Shown in pieces: positions 9,813 through 19,504 of a stretch of DNA of 64,000 nt. Source of the stretch: a virus; the IMG/VR virus record IMGVR_UViG_3300009509_000004, positions 42,759-106,758 of that record; one strand, given 5' to 3'. The notes under the pieces were generated by a model. That model saw nothing but the letters and a program-made list of their open reading frames with translations, did not search any database and was not told the DNA's origin. How positions within the stretch are numbered: the first letter of the stretch is position 1; each line of letters starts with the position of its first letter. Both the position numbers and the translations under genes were made by a program.

Positions 9813-10922
9813 CTACCTGAATGAAGGATGCGCTGGGGTTGCGCAACCGATTGGTGCCCTGTACATCTTGATGATCTCGATGATCTCTTGATCGTCAGTG
9901 ATGCCAGCCATGTACGGTGAGCGCTCGCTTACCTCTGCCCCTGTTTTGCCATACTTGATCTTGTGCCCATCAGTCCACTCTTCAAGCACATCTCCGATCA
10001 CTGGTGGAGGTGGCGTTGGCGGATCTGATGGATCAGCCAAGTAGATGGGTGACTTGGTCAGCTTTTCGATGACCAACTTGAGCAGCGCCCGCTGGATGAG
10101 CTTGGGCACACTCATGTCCTCTTCAACAAATCCAAACGTGCCCTTGACCTCTTGGTTTTGCCTCCCTTTGTCAAACCACAGCCTGCCAATCCTGATTGGC
10201 GCTGTGTAGATGTCCCTGTACTCTGTTGGCCCAACCAACTTGATGCGCGGGTTGCGCCTGTCGTCAGGGTATCTGATGCCGTTGTAGACCTTGTACAGCT
10301 CTGCGTCAAGCTCAGATGGGTCTCTGTTCAGCTTCACATAGTCGATGCTGATGATCGGCACGCCAAAGTGAAGCGCATCTGAGTCAGTCCCATCAATGGA
10401 CAAGATCATTGACTTTGGGATGAACCACTGACGGCACGCCCTTTCCAAGAACGCCTGCCATGTCTCGATGTAGGACAAGACAAGCGTGTCTGGGAATTTG
10501 GTTGTGTCTGTGAGGCCTGCGTCACGCACATCCTGGATGTTGATGTATGTGTCAACGGTTGAACCCGCTGACTGGACCAACACCTCAAAGTCCTCTTGCC
10601 CAGCTTGGTATGGCGCACCAGCGCTGATCTTCCAGCGCCATTCAATGCGGTGTGTGCCTATGGGCTCTGTAAGCTCTGGTGTCCAGCCCTTTGCTGCCGC
10701 ATTGTCATATGCGAAATATGACCCAACACCAAAGTGCCCAGCGCCGCTGCCAACAGGCTCATAGCCACCACCAGATGGGAACACTTGAACGCCAGGCAGA
10801 CCTCCTGTGATGTCAAAAATCCTGAATCCAACTTCATAGGCATCAGTCAGGACGCCATTGACGGTGATGAACCAATTCAGGATCGCCTGTGTGTTCTCCT
10901 GTCCTCTGGAGAGTGCTGGCAT
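9813..10922 (-). CDS. Head-tail adaptor with N-terminal Ig-like domain
   Basis: YINIQDVR...FLERACRQWF...VKGTFGF...VPKLIQRA adaptor pattern. Confidence 0.65.
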   Translation of the reverse strand: MPALSRGQENTQAILNWFITVNGVLTDAYEVGFRIFDITGGLPGVQVFPSGGGYEPVGSGAGHFGVGSYFAYDNAAAKGWTPELTEPIGTHRIEWRWKISAGAPYQAGQEDFEVLVQSAGSTVDTYINIQDVRDAGLTDTTKFPDTLVLSYIETWQAFLERACRQWFIPKSMILSIDGTDSDALHFGVPIISIDYVKLNRDPSELDAELYKVYNGIRYPDDRRNPRIKLVGPTEYRDIYTAPIRIGRLWFDKGRQNQEVKGTFGFVEEDMSVPKLIQRALLKLVIEKLTKSPIYLADPSDPPTPPPPVIGDVLEEWTDGHKIKYGKTGAEVSERSPYMAGITDDQEIIEIIKMYRAPIGCATPAHPSFR

Positions 10923-10934
10923 GTTGGCCTCCTG

Positions 10935-11714
10935 TTACAGCACGCCCATCCAGAAGCTCTTTGTGGTCTGTTTCCAGCCTTCAAACTCTTCAGGCGCACT
11001 CTTGTTGACTTCAAATTCCTCAATCCCCTTCTTGACCTTGTCACCGCAAGCCTTCTCAGCAGCCTTCTTGGGCTTCTGAGCAGCCGCGCTGCTGGGCAAG
11101 TTGGTCTTGGCAGCCGCCTCCAGCTTGCGTTTGGCCTCAGCCATTGCGCTTGCAGGGAGATCTGACTGTGACAACCTCGCCAGCGCGTTGCGCAGATGCG
11201 GCAGGTCAACCTTGCCATTGGCATCCTTGAACGGCAGCTTGCGCAACGACCTCGGCACCGTCTTGCCATCCTTGTCTTTCTTGCCGCCAGGCAAGATGAC
11301 CGCGAATGACGAGTCAGGCAGGTCATTGATCGCTGCAGCGGTCCAAACCGCCTTCTCAACATCGACGCCCTTGGTCACGCTCATGTCACTCTTGGGCTTG
11401 AAGCTCGTGACTCGCTCCACCTCGATGACTCCGCCAAATTCAAAATCACCACTCTTGTTGCGAGTGTATTTGAATGCGAAGTGCTTGGTTGGCTCCTGCC
11501 CCTTGTAGGTGGAGAACACCGCACGATCCTGGAACGCCTCGACCAGCCATGCTCCACCATCCTTCTCTGTGATGTTGAGCTTGCGCAGGACGTGAGCACG
11601 CCCCGCTTGACTCAACTTGTTGGTGAACATGTTGATCGACTCGCCCTTCATCATGGGCACGTTTTGCTTATGGACGATGACCTCCATGGTCGTTGTCTCT
11701 TGCGCGTCAGCCAT
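10935..11714 (-). CDS. Hypothetical head-associated protein; C-terminus KSFWMGVL matches the scaffold
   Basis: Start reassigned to ATG 11714 (AGGAGG RBS); INDLPDSSFA...KVDLPHLRNALARL domain. Confidence 0.7.
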   Translation of the reverse strand: MADAQETTTMEVIVHKQNVPMMKGESINMFTNKLSQAGRAHVLRKLNITEKDGGAWLVEAFQDRAVFSTYKGQEPTKHFAFKYTRNKSGDFEFGGVIEVERVTSFKPKSDMSVTKGVDVEKAVWTAAAINDLPDSSFAVILPGGKKDKDGKTVPRSLRKLPFKDANGKVDLPHLRNALARLSQSDLPASAMAEAKRKLEAAAKTNLPSSAAAQKPKKAAEKACGDKVKKGIEEFEVNKSAPEEFEGWKQTTKSFWMGVL

Positions 11715-11724
11715 TTTGGGCCTC

Positions 11725-12033
11725 CTATGGATACAAATCAGTTGGGTGAAATGGAGAACCAACAACAATGTCCTCCCCACCAGTCGTTGTGTCCTTCTCT
11801 TTGTAGTACGCCTGCAGGACATCGCCCGTCCTTGGCGCTCTTTTCAACTCAATTGTTGAGTCGCTGGTCTCTGTCCAGCCCCATTTGTCATCATCCGGTT
11901 CATACACCTGGCCATTCCAGATGAGCCTCAGCGTTGTCTCAACGTACCTGGATGGCGTAGTGAACTGCTTGTTCACGCCATTCACGACGCCTGTCAACGC
12001 CAAGATGGATGATTCATGAAACTGACCAGCCAC
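11725..12033 (-). CDS. Small beta-sandwich virion protein
   Basis: GVVNGVNKQFT...WNGQ...APRTGDVLQAYY module. Confidence 0.6.
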   Translation of the reverse strand: MAGQFHESSILALTGVVNGVNKQFTTPSRYVETTLRLIWNGQVYEPDDDKWGWTETSDSTIELKRAPRTGDVLQAYYKEKDTTTGGEDIVVGSPFHPTDLYP

Positions 12034-12036
12034 TCT

Positions 12037-12453
12037 TCATCTCCACTTTGCTCTGATCTGTGGCCAGCCCCAATGGCCTGCCACAACCCCTCCAGCCAAC
12101 ATAGCTGCAGGATGTGCTGTTAGCTTACCTGCCATGTCCAAAACTAGCAAAAGAACGGCAGCAGCCAGCAATATCACAAGCGCCACGATCTGGTAGGTTT
12201 TCCAATGTACGGACACAGCAACGAATGGAATTGGAAACACGTTTTTGTCGCACAACTGCATCGGCCAAAATAGGTGACCGCAAAGAATGCCTGCGGCAAA
12301 TGACGCAAAGGGGTGCCTCATCGCAAAGCTCAACACGATCACGCTGATGGTGTCGCTTGGCGTAGGCTCGATGGCGACCCAGATGTCATACGCAATCAAC
12401 CCTGCAATTGTTGCGATGACGATGATGGTGGTGAGCAATTTTGTGTTCATCAC
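12037..12453 (-). CDS. Membrane protein with internal duplication (holin-like candidate)
   Basis: About 4 hydrophobic segments; G(I/V)xxGHxxWP motif occurs twice. Confidence 0.55.
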   Translation of the reverse strand: MMNTKLLTTIIVIATIAGLIAYDIWVAIEPTPSDTISVIVLSFAMRHPFASFAAGILCGHLFWPMQLCDKNVFPIPFVAVSVHWKTYQIVALVILLAAAVLLLVLDMAGKLTAHPAAMLAGGVVAGHWGWPQIRAKWR

Positions 12454-13253
12454 TCGCCCTCTGACACGCCATACAAAGTTGCAATTGCAACCGTCCCTGT
12501 GAACTTTGTGTCATTTTCCAACTTGATTGCCAGCTCCATCCCCTTTGATGCGTACAGGTCAAGCGTGCCACGCTCGTTGTACGGCCATCTGAAAATGTGG
12601 ATCGGCTGCGTCATGCCTCTCCACCCGCTGCCTCCCAGGGCTGGCATGACTGGGTATGATGCTGATGCTTGGTTGATGAAGTCCATGATTGTCTGATAGA
12701 CGTTCTGGGCAACTGCTTGCCCTCCTACCAGGATCTGGAATAACACTGTGTCCGTCAGCTCGATGTCGCCGCTGAATTGGACCTCGACCGATGACAACCT
12801 GATGACCTTCCCTGCTGCTGGCGTGACCTTCCACTGCGAACCATTTGACTTGTGGTAGGTTGCTGTTGCCGCGCCCGTCTGCGAGCTGTTGAATGTCACC
12901 GTGCCATTCTGGTAGTTGATGGTGTAATCCCCATCGCTCTGCCCTGGGCTGTTCTCTGCCTTCTCAACGCCTGCGACCTTGATCACAGGCTTGTACACGG
13001 CACGCAACGTTCTTTCGCCTGTGAGCTTGCCGTGCGTCACGTCAATCCACTTCTGATTTGCGGAATTGAACGTTGTTTGATCGCCGCTGTCGGTCAGTGT
13101 TTCATCCGATACCTGCTCAGCGCTTCCATACCACGTTGTCTCATCGCACCAATTGGGCGATATGACATCAAGCCTGCTCCCTTCTGGGAGCGCCATGACA
13201 CGGTGGCCTTCAGCGATGGCCTTCTGTGCTCTTGTGAGAACTATCTCACCCAT
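12450..13253 (-). CDS. Putative virion structural protein
   Basis: Gly/Thr beta-rich; DYTINYQNGTVTF module. Confidence 0.6.
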   Translation of the reverse strand: MGEIVLTRAQKAIAEGHRVMALPEGSRLDVISPNWCDETTWYGSAEQVSDETLTDSGDQTTFNSANQKWIDVTHGKLTGERTLRAVYKPVIKVAGVEKAENSPGQSDGDYTINYQNGTVTFNSSQTGAATATYHKSNGSQWKVTPAAGKVIRLSSVEVQFSGDIELTDTVLFQILVGGQAVAQNVYQTIMDFINQASASYPVMPALGGSGWRGMTQPIHIFRWPYNERGTLDLYASKGMELAIKLENDTKFTGTVAIATLYGVSEGE

Positions 13254-13449
13254 TGTTCTCTCCTGGATCGCCCTTGACCTTGTAGTTCAAGATCGTGTTT
13301 GTGCCATATGTCTCCAGTGGGCATATCCACAGGGCAATCCCGTGTACCTCGCTCTTTTCATGCCCAGCAAGCGCCTTCTCACCGACCAAGACCATGTCCG
13401 TGGTCGGATGGTTTGGGCACTTGGGCGGAATTGGTCTTGCCAACGCCAT
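13246..13449 (-). CDS. Small hypothetical protein (CPNH..C)
   Basis: 67 aa overlapping both neighbours' start/stop codons. Confidence 0.5.
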   Translation of the reverse strand: MALARPIPPKCPNHPTTDMVLVGEKALAGHEKSEVHGIALWICPLETYGTNTILNYKVKGDPGENNG

Positions 13450-14642
13450 TATGGCCCCTGCTGTATGATGCCACGCTTCAGCTCATAGAAACCATTTGCG
13501 TTGACACCGACAACCGCCGCATTGGCGGATTTGTTTGAAACTGTCGCAACCAGGAAGTGGCCTGCGTCCCTCTCCAACTTGATTGGAGCGCCAAACTGCA
13601 TCGCTTGTGATGCGCTGGCCTGGACAAATGCAATGAGCACACGCAGCATGGCATCGTATGTGACCACGATTGCCGCCCCGTTTGCTGGTGCGGCCTTGAA
13701 CTCAAGGATGTGCTTGTCAGGGCTGTCTCCATCCTCGATGGTGTAATCAGGCCCCAAACTCTTGGGCACCCCTCCAACCGTTACAGAGACATATGACGCA
13801 ATCTCGACACAGTTGTGGGCAAGCTCATATTGCTCTGTCGCCCCGTCGCCTGTGAAATTCTCAACGCGATCTCGTTCCAACCCCTTGTACAGCCGCAACT
13901 CGCCACCAACGTCATCGGCAACGAGCACATCTGTGATGAAGGCCAAGTCGATGTTGGGGTCAGTTGCCAGGTCTGTGACATCCCTGTCAAAGAACAATGT
14001 TTCAGCACCAGTGGCCAACGTCTTGCGCACACTCAAGAAGATCGGGTTGTCAGCCCGCGTGCGCGTGCCGACCTCGCCAAACACTCCGATCCGACCCACG
14101 CGCCAATCCTCTTCATCGACCTCGACCAAGATGCGCTTGAACATCTTTTGCAAAGTGCTGGGTGGGTCTGTGTCACTTGTGACCGCCGACATGTCCAGCC
14201 CCGCCGCCGTCCCTTGCTCGACCAACACAGTCAGAGCATCATTTGCGTGCTCATCTCCCTGCTCCAGAGATCTGACAAATGTCAAATTCTGGTATGCCCT
14301 GGCAAGATAATCAGCCTTGAAGGTGGAATCTGCCTCAAATAGCGTGGCCACCTCTGATGCGATATCATACAGCGTGTCGCCCGCTTGAACTGTGTACACC
14401 TTTTGGACGGTGCCCACCGTCACGGTGACGGTGTTTCCCTCTGCAGGTGTCCCGCTGTAGATGACCCATCCAGACGGGTTGTTGTCAAAACCAAAGATGT
14501 TGCCGACTCCTGAGATGTCGGCAATCAAGTTGATCATCGTCTGCAGCTCGCCCCCTGGCCCCGTTGCAAGCGGGTTGCCATCTGGGCCCAGCAGCTGAAC
14601 GCCCATCTCACCATTCGCGCCTAACTTTGGCAAGAACGTCAT
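13449..14642 (-). CDS. Putative virion structural/fibre protein
   Basis: 397 aa beta-rich; FTGDG...DYTI...APANGAAIVVTY module. Confidence 0.65.
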   Translation of the reverse strand: MTFLPKLGANGEMGVQLLGPDGNPLATGPGGELQTMINLIADISGVGNIFGFDNNPSGWVIYSGTPAEGNTVTVTVGTVQKVYTVQAGDTLYDIASEVATLFEADSTFKADYLARAYQNLTFVRSLEQGDEHANDALTVLVEQGTAAGLDMSAVTSDTDPPSTLQKMFKRILVEVDEEDWRVGRIGVFGEVGTRTRADNPIFLSVRKTLATGAETLFFDRDVTDLATDPNIDLAFITDVLVADDVGGELRLYKGLERDRVENFTGDGATEQYELAHNCVEIASYVSVTVGGVPKSLGPDYTIEDGDSPDKHILEFKAAPANGAAIVVTYDAMLRVLIAFVQASASQAMQFGAPIKLERDAGHFLVATVSNKSANAAVVGVNANGFYELKRGIIQQGP

Positions 14643-15331
14643 GGCTGAATCTCCTTTGCGAACATCAGGATGGATGCATGTTCCAACTTGGACAAATCAT
14701 CCCTGACTGTCGCCTTCACATAGTCATCCGTCGCAAATGTGCCTTGCTTCCTGAGAATCAGCCCACCAACTCCAAAGTAGCCTTTGACCACATTGGGGCT
14801 TGCCACGATCACTTCAAAGCCGCCTGGTGCCGCGTCCTGCAATACCTCCCTCGTGCGTCTCAAATTGGTGATTTGGTACACAACGTCACCGGCCTTGATC
14901 TCGATGAGCATCCCATTGGGCAACGTCGTCTCACCCATGAAATTCTCGCCAAACTTGATGCTGCCGTCCTCAAGGATCAGACTGAGCGCCGATGTCTCAA
15001 CATCGTAGGTCGCCCCTGGTGACCACGAATACACAACTGGAGTTGTGCTACCGTCAACCGCCATCTCGTTTGTCGGGGTTGTGTCTTCCAGGTATGCGAT
15101 GATCGCCCCAGCGCCCGCTGTTGAGATCTGTGCATCGACCAACAACCTGTTTGCGTTGTTGACACCTGCCAACCTGACCCCAGCGCCGTCCCTGATTTTG
15201 ACCTCAGTGGCGGCACCTCCTGCTGGGGTGGACACCGCCACTGCCAACTTGTAAACACCGCCATCCAGGATGACGTTGACAGGGTTTCCCGCCGCATCAT
15301 ACAGTATGGCAGCTGGTGATTCGCCCGCCAT
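14639..15331 (-). CDS. Putative virion structural protein
   Basis: 230 aa; MAVDGSTTPVVY motif; coupled with neighbours. Confidence 0.6.
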   Translation of the reverse strand: MAGESPAAILYDAAGNPVNVILDGGVYKLAVAVSTPAGGAATEVKIRDGAGVRLAGVNNANRLLVDAQISTAGAGAIIAYLEDTTPTNEMAVDGSTTPVVYSWSPGATYDVETSALSLILEDGSIKFGENFMGETTLPNGMLIEIKAGDVVYQITNLRRTREVLQDAAPGGFEVIVASPNVVKGYFGVGGLILRKQGTFATDDYVKATVRDDLSKLEHASILMFAKEIQP

Positions 15332-15819
15332 CAGCTGATCGTCCTTGTGCGCGCTGTCTCAAACACGCCACTGTAAGTGATGGCATCGCTGACCGTAGCC
15401 AAAACTGTTGTGCCATCTGTGTCGTACACCTGCCACACAATCGGCGTTGGCGTGACATTTGTCGCCCCGCCCCCTGTGCGCGTGATTGTCTTTTCAACTA
15501 TTTTCTTGAGCTTGGCCGCTGACTCCCACCAAATCACACTGGTTGGGAATGGGCTGGCTGCCGGCAGCACCTCTTTGTAGGCACCGCTCAAGAAGCCATC
15601 GCCTGGCCCCTCGTCAATGAAGTGAATGAGTTGCCTGACAACGCCATGGCGGGTGTTTTCCCTCCCCAATGGCGTGTGCACGCCGTCGTTGTCCCTGAGT
15701 CGGAAGTATCCACTGACGTTTCGCATCGCCCCGACAGTGGTTGGATCGGTGCTCTCAGGATCTAGCTTGAGCTCATCTTCCTCCCGTGTGCCAGGGAATC
15801 TGTCTGGTGTCCGTGGCAT
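15331..15819 (-). CDS. Putative virion structural protein
   Basis: 162 aa; coupled operon position. Confidence 0.55.
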   Translation of the reverse strand: MPRTPDRFPGTREEDELKLDPESTDPTTVGAMRNVSGYFRLRDNDGVHTPLGRENTRHGVVRQLIHFIDEGPGDGFLSGAYKEVLPAASPFPTSVIWWESAAKLKKIVEKTITRTGGGATNVTPTPIVWQVYDTDGTTVLATVSDAITYSGVFETARTRTIS

Positions 15820-15820
15820 A

Positions 15821-16405
15821 TCATCCCTTTTTGTGAGCTTTGACTCTCGTCACTTTCTTGGTGTGTTTTTGGTCTTGCGCAGGCATAGACACAGGGGTGT
15901 CCTCTTTTTTGCCGTCCTGCTCACCCTCGGCAGCCTCGCGCCCCAATTCATCTGCCTCTTCATCCTGAACTCGCTGCCACCTCTCAAATTTGGCAGCAGT
16001 CTCTGCAAATTTGGAGCTGATTGATTTGACCGCTCGCTCCAGCCCCTGAATCTGCCCTCTCAGTGCCATCACATTGTCAGCCGCTTCCTTGGCGATGGTG
16101 TTGCACAGCTCTGACATCTTCATGATGGTGTCGATGCGGATCTTGGCCTCAGCAGGCTCCATCTGCTCATCATCGACCAGCTTGTTGATTGGGTTGCACT
16201 CCTGGACCATTCTACCTGCCATCAGCTTGGCCGCTTCTGCGACCCCTCGCCTGTGGTCCAGCTCTTTGTGCGCCTTCAGGATCTCATTGTCTGCGGCAAA
16301 CACAGCCTCTTGTAGCCCCTCCAACCTGGAACGGCTGACTGGATCTTTGATCTCCGACAGGGTATCATTGTTGACCATCATTTCCTCCAGCGTTATGTGC
16401 CCCAT
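15821..16405 (-). CDS. Coiled-coil hypothetical protein
   Basis: 194 aa helical, charged. Confidence 0.6.
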   Translation of the reverse strand: MGHITLEEMMVNNDTLSEIKDPVSRSRLEGLQEAVFAADNEILKAHKELDHRRGVAEAAKLMAGRMVQECNPINKLVDDEQMEPAEAKIRIDTIMKMSELCNTIAKEAADNVMALRGQIQGLERAVKSISSKFAETAAKFERWQRVQDEEADELGREAAEGEQDGKKEDTPVSMPAQDQKHTKKVTRVKAHKKG

Positions 16406-16436
16406 TGCGGGCCATTTACGCTATGACGCGCAGCAA

Positions 16437-18002
16437 TTATTGCTGCAAGCCCAGTGTGATGATGACGTCCCCAGACTTGACGCCCTTGGGGAAGTCCACC
16501 ATGATGTCACCTGATGCTGGGGTTGTCCCAACATAGACATCATTTTTGGTTGTGACGTTGCCACCGTACAGCAACCGACCGTTCAAGAAGATGAAGGCAT
16601 CCACCGTCCCTGGCGTGTTCATATCGATGCTGAACGCCGTCAAGTCCAACGTGGCCGCTGGGATGTTGACCCCTTGGCCATAGTTGGTGGCTGCCACAAA
16701 TATCTTGAGGCTCAAATCGACACCACCCATTTGGATGGCATACTTGATCGCATCAGAAATTGATACAAACGTCCCTGAGCCTTCAAACACAGTCTTGAGT
16801 GCGCTGATCGAACCATTCGTTGCGTCGTCCAACGGCAATGGCGTTGTCTCACGCACCGTCTGAAACTTCACATCAGCAGAAGCTCTGACCGTATTGTCGC
16901 CAGCAGTCGCCCTGGTCTCGATGCTCGATGAGTCGATGACCCCAAGCGCCGTTTTGCCAACATTGATCGACTGCCCAGAGGTGTCAACTGAAATCCCCTC
17001 GGCAAAGTCGCTGTCTGCGGCATCGTTGTTGAACACATCGACTGCCGACCCGACCTGAACTTGGGTCGTGCCCCCGTCGTTGCGCACAACTTGCCACAAG
17101 ACGCTGCCGCCGCTTCCTGCTCTGAAAACCCACGCTTTGGTGTCAGCGAGTCTGATGTCAACGTCACCTGCGTCAACTTCCATGTACTCGCCGCCATCAT
17201 ACGCCCGATCCAACCCGCCAAATCCTGGGCTGATTGGGTCTGCCTCGCTCAAGTCGCCCCGATAGGCATCCTCACTCAAGCTGGCAAGGTCGTTCCTGTC
17301 CGTGTAGCTGAACACGATTTTCTTGCCCTGGATGTCTGCCGCTGGCACAGCTTCCAGATCGTCATACGTGGCATTGGGCCGCACAAAACTGATCTGCGCT
17401 TGATCGTTGCCGGTGAGCGTGAAGCTGTTTCCATCCGTTGCTGCGCTGCCGACCTGGAGCAATCCCCAGATACGTCTGTCAGAAGACAACAGCGGATCTC
17501 CTGAATCGCCATCAAAGACAGCAACCAGGTTCTTGGGCTTCAGGGCATTCTCGCCTGAATTTTCTGTGAGCGAATGAGTTGGAGGGCTGGTGAGCGGTGC
17601 CGCCAGCTGGGCAACTACTGCGCCCTTGCTGGTATTTGCGATGGCAATGGGCCTGCTCGGTGGCTGGCCTGCGGATGCAAGCAGGACAGCGTTGTGCGTG
17701 GCCCCGACAGTGACGTCAGTGAGGTTCAACGTCCACTTGAGTGCATTCTTTTCCTCACATGAAGTCTGGCTGAACAGACCATACAATGACGCATCACCGC
17801 CAAAGACTGATGCCGGATCGTCGTGCCAATTCCCAGCCTGGTTGCCATGAATGACCCGCTTCATCTGCGAGATCAAAAATTCATGGTAATCAGCCATGTC
17901 AACGCTGGTTGTTTCAGCTGTTGCGATGGCTGCTGCTGACTTTGTATCGTCAAAGGTATCTGGCTTGTGGATCTGGTCAAGCCGCTGAAGTGAAACTGTC
18001 AT
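16437..18002 (-). CDS. Putative virion fibre/appendage protein
   Basis: Start reassigned to ATG 18002 (AAGGAGG RBS); Gly/Asp/Thr rich; C-terminal FLNGRL...KSGDVI module. Confidence 0.65.
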   Translation of the reverse strand: MTVSLQRLDQIHKPDTFDDTKSAAAIATAETTSVDMADYHEFLISQMKRVIHGNQAGNWHDDPASVFGGDASLYGLFSQTSCEEKNALKWTLNLTDVTVGATHNAVLLASAGQPPSRPIAIANTSKGAVVAQLAAPLTSPPTHSLTENSGENALKPKNLVAVFDGDSGDPLLSSDRRIWGLLQVGSAATDGNSFTLTGNDQAQISFVRPNATYDDLEAVPAADIQGKKIVFSYTDRNDLASLSEDAYRGDLSEADPISPGFGGLDRAYDGGEYMEVDAGDVDIRLADTKAWVFRAGSGGSVLWQVVRNDGGTTQVQVGSAVDVFNNDAADSDFAEGISVDTSGQSINVGKTALGVIDSSSIETRATAGDNTVRASADVKFQTVRETTPLPLDDATNGSISALKTVFEGSGTFVSISDAIKYAIQMGGVDLSLKIFVAATNYGQGVNIPAATLDLTAFSIDMNTPGTVDAFIFLNGRLLYGGNVTTKNDVYVGTTPASGDIMVDFPKGVKSGDVIITLGLQQ

Positions 18003-18041
18003 GCGCGCATCCTCCTTGTCGCCTTTGTCGCTCGCTGGCAA

Positions 18042-18506
18042 CTACTCAACAAGTGGATTATAGCGCTGCTTGCCTATCCTTCGCAAAGTTACCCTGGCTG
18101 CTGGCTGTTGAGCATGTGCCATTATTGTGAGCTGGACATCCCCTGCAAAACACACAAGTCTTTCACCGCCTTTCATGTTGACGGCATCATCTCGCTCCAG
18201 CCCCTCAGCTGAGAAGCTCACTTTGTCAAAAGTGTCAGGACGCGCCAATGTATATTGCACGCCCATGTAGCTGAACACGCCGCCGTCATCAATCTCGCCG
18301 CACTTGGGGCACACCAATTTTGCAGGACGTTTGCACTCAGGGTTGGGACAGCGGTGCCGCCTCGTGTAACGACGCAGCACCGTGATCCCTGATATGTCTT
18401 GTTGGAATTTGTGACTTTTCAGCAGCGTCAATAGCCTTTTGGCTTGCTCTTCATCATTGACATCTAGCTTGAAAGTGTCACCATTCGCTGTGTTGATCCG
18501 AAACAC
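18042..18506 (-). CDS. Hypothetical protein with Zn ribbon (CPNPEC...CPKC)
   Basis: Four Cys in two pairs. Confidence 0.55.
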   Translation of the reverse strand: MFRINTANGDTFKLDVNDEEQAKRLLTLLKSHKFQQDISGITVLRRYTRRHRCPNPECKRPAKLVCPKCGEIDDGGVFSYMGVQYTLARPDTFDKVSFSAEGLERDDAVNMKGGERLVCFAGDVQLTIMAHAQQPAARVTLRRIGKQRYNPLVE

Positions 18507-18582
18507 AACATGGCCCCCTTATTGGCTTACAGCCAAGCAAAGGAATTTGGCCCCAGGTCAGGTTGTCATCCGATTGCTCGGA

Positions 18583-19029
18583 TCAACCTCCCCACTTCTT
18601 TTTCTTGCCCTTCTTGTCCTCAGCGTCTGAGTCAGGCTCCGGTTCAGGCTCTGGGGTTGGCTCTGGTGCCGGTTCTGCCTTCGCCTTGGGCTTGGCAGGT
18701 GCCGGTGCCTTCTTGGCCTCTCCCTTCAGAAGCGCCGCCGCCCTCTGCTTTGCCTTGGACACATTGTCCTTGGGCCGCTTTGGTTGTTCAGCGGGTGCCT
18801 CTGCAGCCTTCTGCTTGGCCAGACGCCCCTTTGACTCGTCAAAGGGCAAGATGACCAACGCAGCTGCAAGCTGCTTGTGATGCTTCTTGATCCACTCCAG
18901 CTCTCCCTCAGTGATCTTCTTGGTTGAGCCAGGAGTGAAGTACAACGCCCCTGGTTTGGAGCGTTCAACGCCCTCTCCAAATTCAATCTGGCAAGGGCGC
19001 ACGCTTTGCGGTATCTGAATCAACGGCAT
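18583..19029 (-). CDS. Hypothetical protein with K/P/E-rich tail
   Basis: 148 aa; AGGAGG RBS. Confidence 0.65.
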   Translation of the reverse strand: MPLIQIPQSVRPCQIEFGEGVERSKPGALYFTPGSTKKITEGELEWIKKHHKQLAAALVILPFDESKGRLAKQKAAEAPAEQPKRPKDNVSKAKQRAAALLKGEAKKAPAPAKPKAKAEPAPEPTPEPEPEPDSDAEDKKGKKKKWGG

Positions 19030-19068
19030 GTCAACCTCCTGTCAACAGTTTGAGGTGCCCTTGCGCCC

Positions 19069-19422
19069 CTATTGGGTCTCCAAAATTCTGTCGATCAGCT
19101 CGTTGACGGTGCCTTCGGTGTCCAGCTCCAGCTCTTCAGCGATCTCGACCAGCTCTGCCTTCTTCATCTTTCGCAGATCAGCTTCGCTGTACTCTACAAG
19201 ATCATCTCCGTCCTCATCCACATCGGTTGCGGCTGGGGTTGCGGCTGCTTTGGCTTTTGCTTTGTCACCTTCCAGCACAGTCACGGCAAACCCTGCTTGA
19301 CCTTGATAATACTTGATCTCTGCAGGGTTGGTCAGAATCTGTGGCGACCCTTTCTTGAAAACGCGCCCGCCATGATCATGGGTCAGGCTGCCCCTCAGTT
19401 CAACTCGTGCTCTCAGTGCCAT
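19069..19422 (-). CDS. Protein with C-terminal Rho-N/HeH-like domain
   Basis: LRKMKKAELVEIAEELEL..EGTVNELIDRIL; typical position after MCP. Confidence 0.65.
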   Translation of the reverse strand: MALRARVELRGSLTHDHGGRVFKKGSPQILTNPAEIKYYQGQAGFAVTVLEGDKAKAKAAATPAATDVDEDGDDLVEYSEADLRKMKKAELVEIAEELELDTEGTVNELIDRILETQ

Positions 19423-19467
19423 TTTTGTGTCCTCCAATCAATGGCTAGTGGTTCACCTAGTGGATGA

Positions 19468-19488
19468 CGGGGCACATTCAGTGCCCCG
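19468..19488 (-). terminator. GC hairpin downstream of MCP (stabiliser or weak terminator)
   Basis: cggggcac-N5-gtgccccg; no U-tract. Confidence 0.4.
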
Positions 19489-19504
19489 CTTCACCACAGA
19501 TGTG

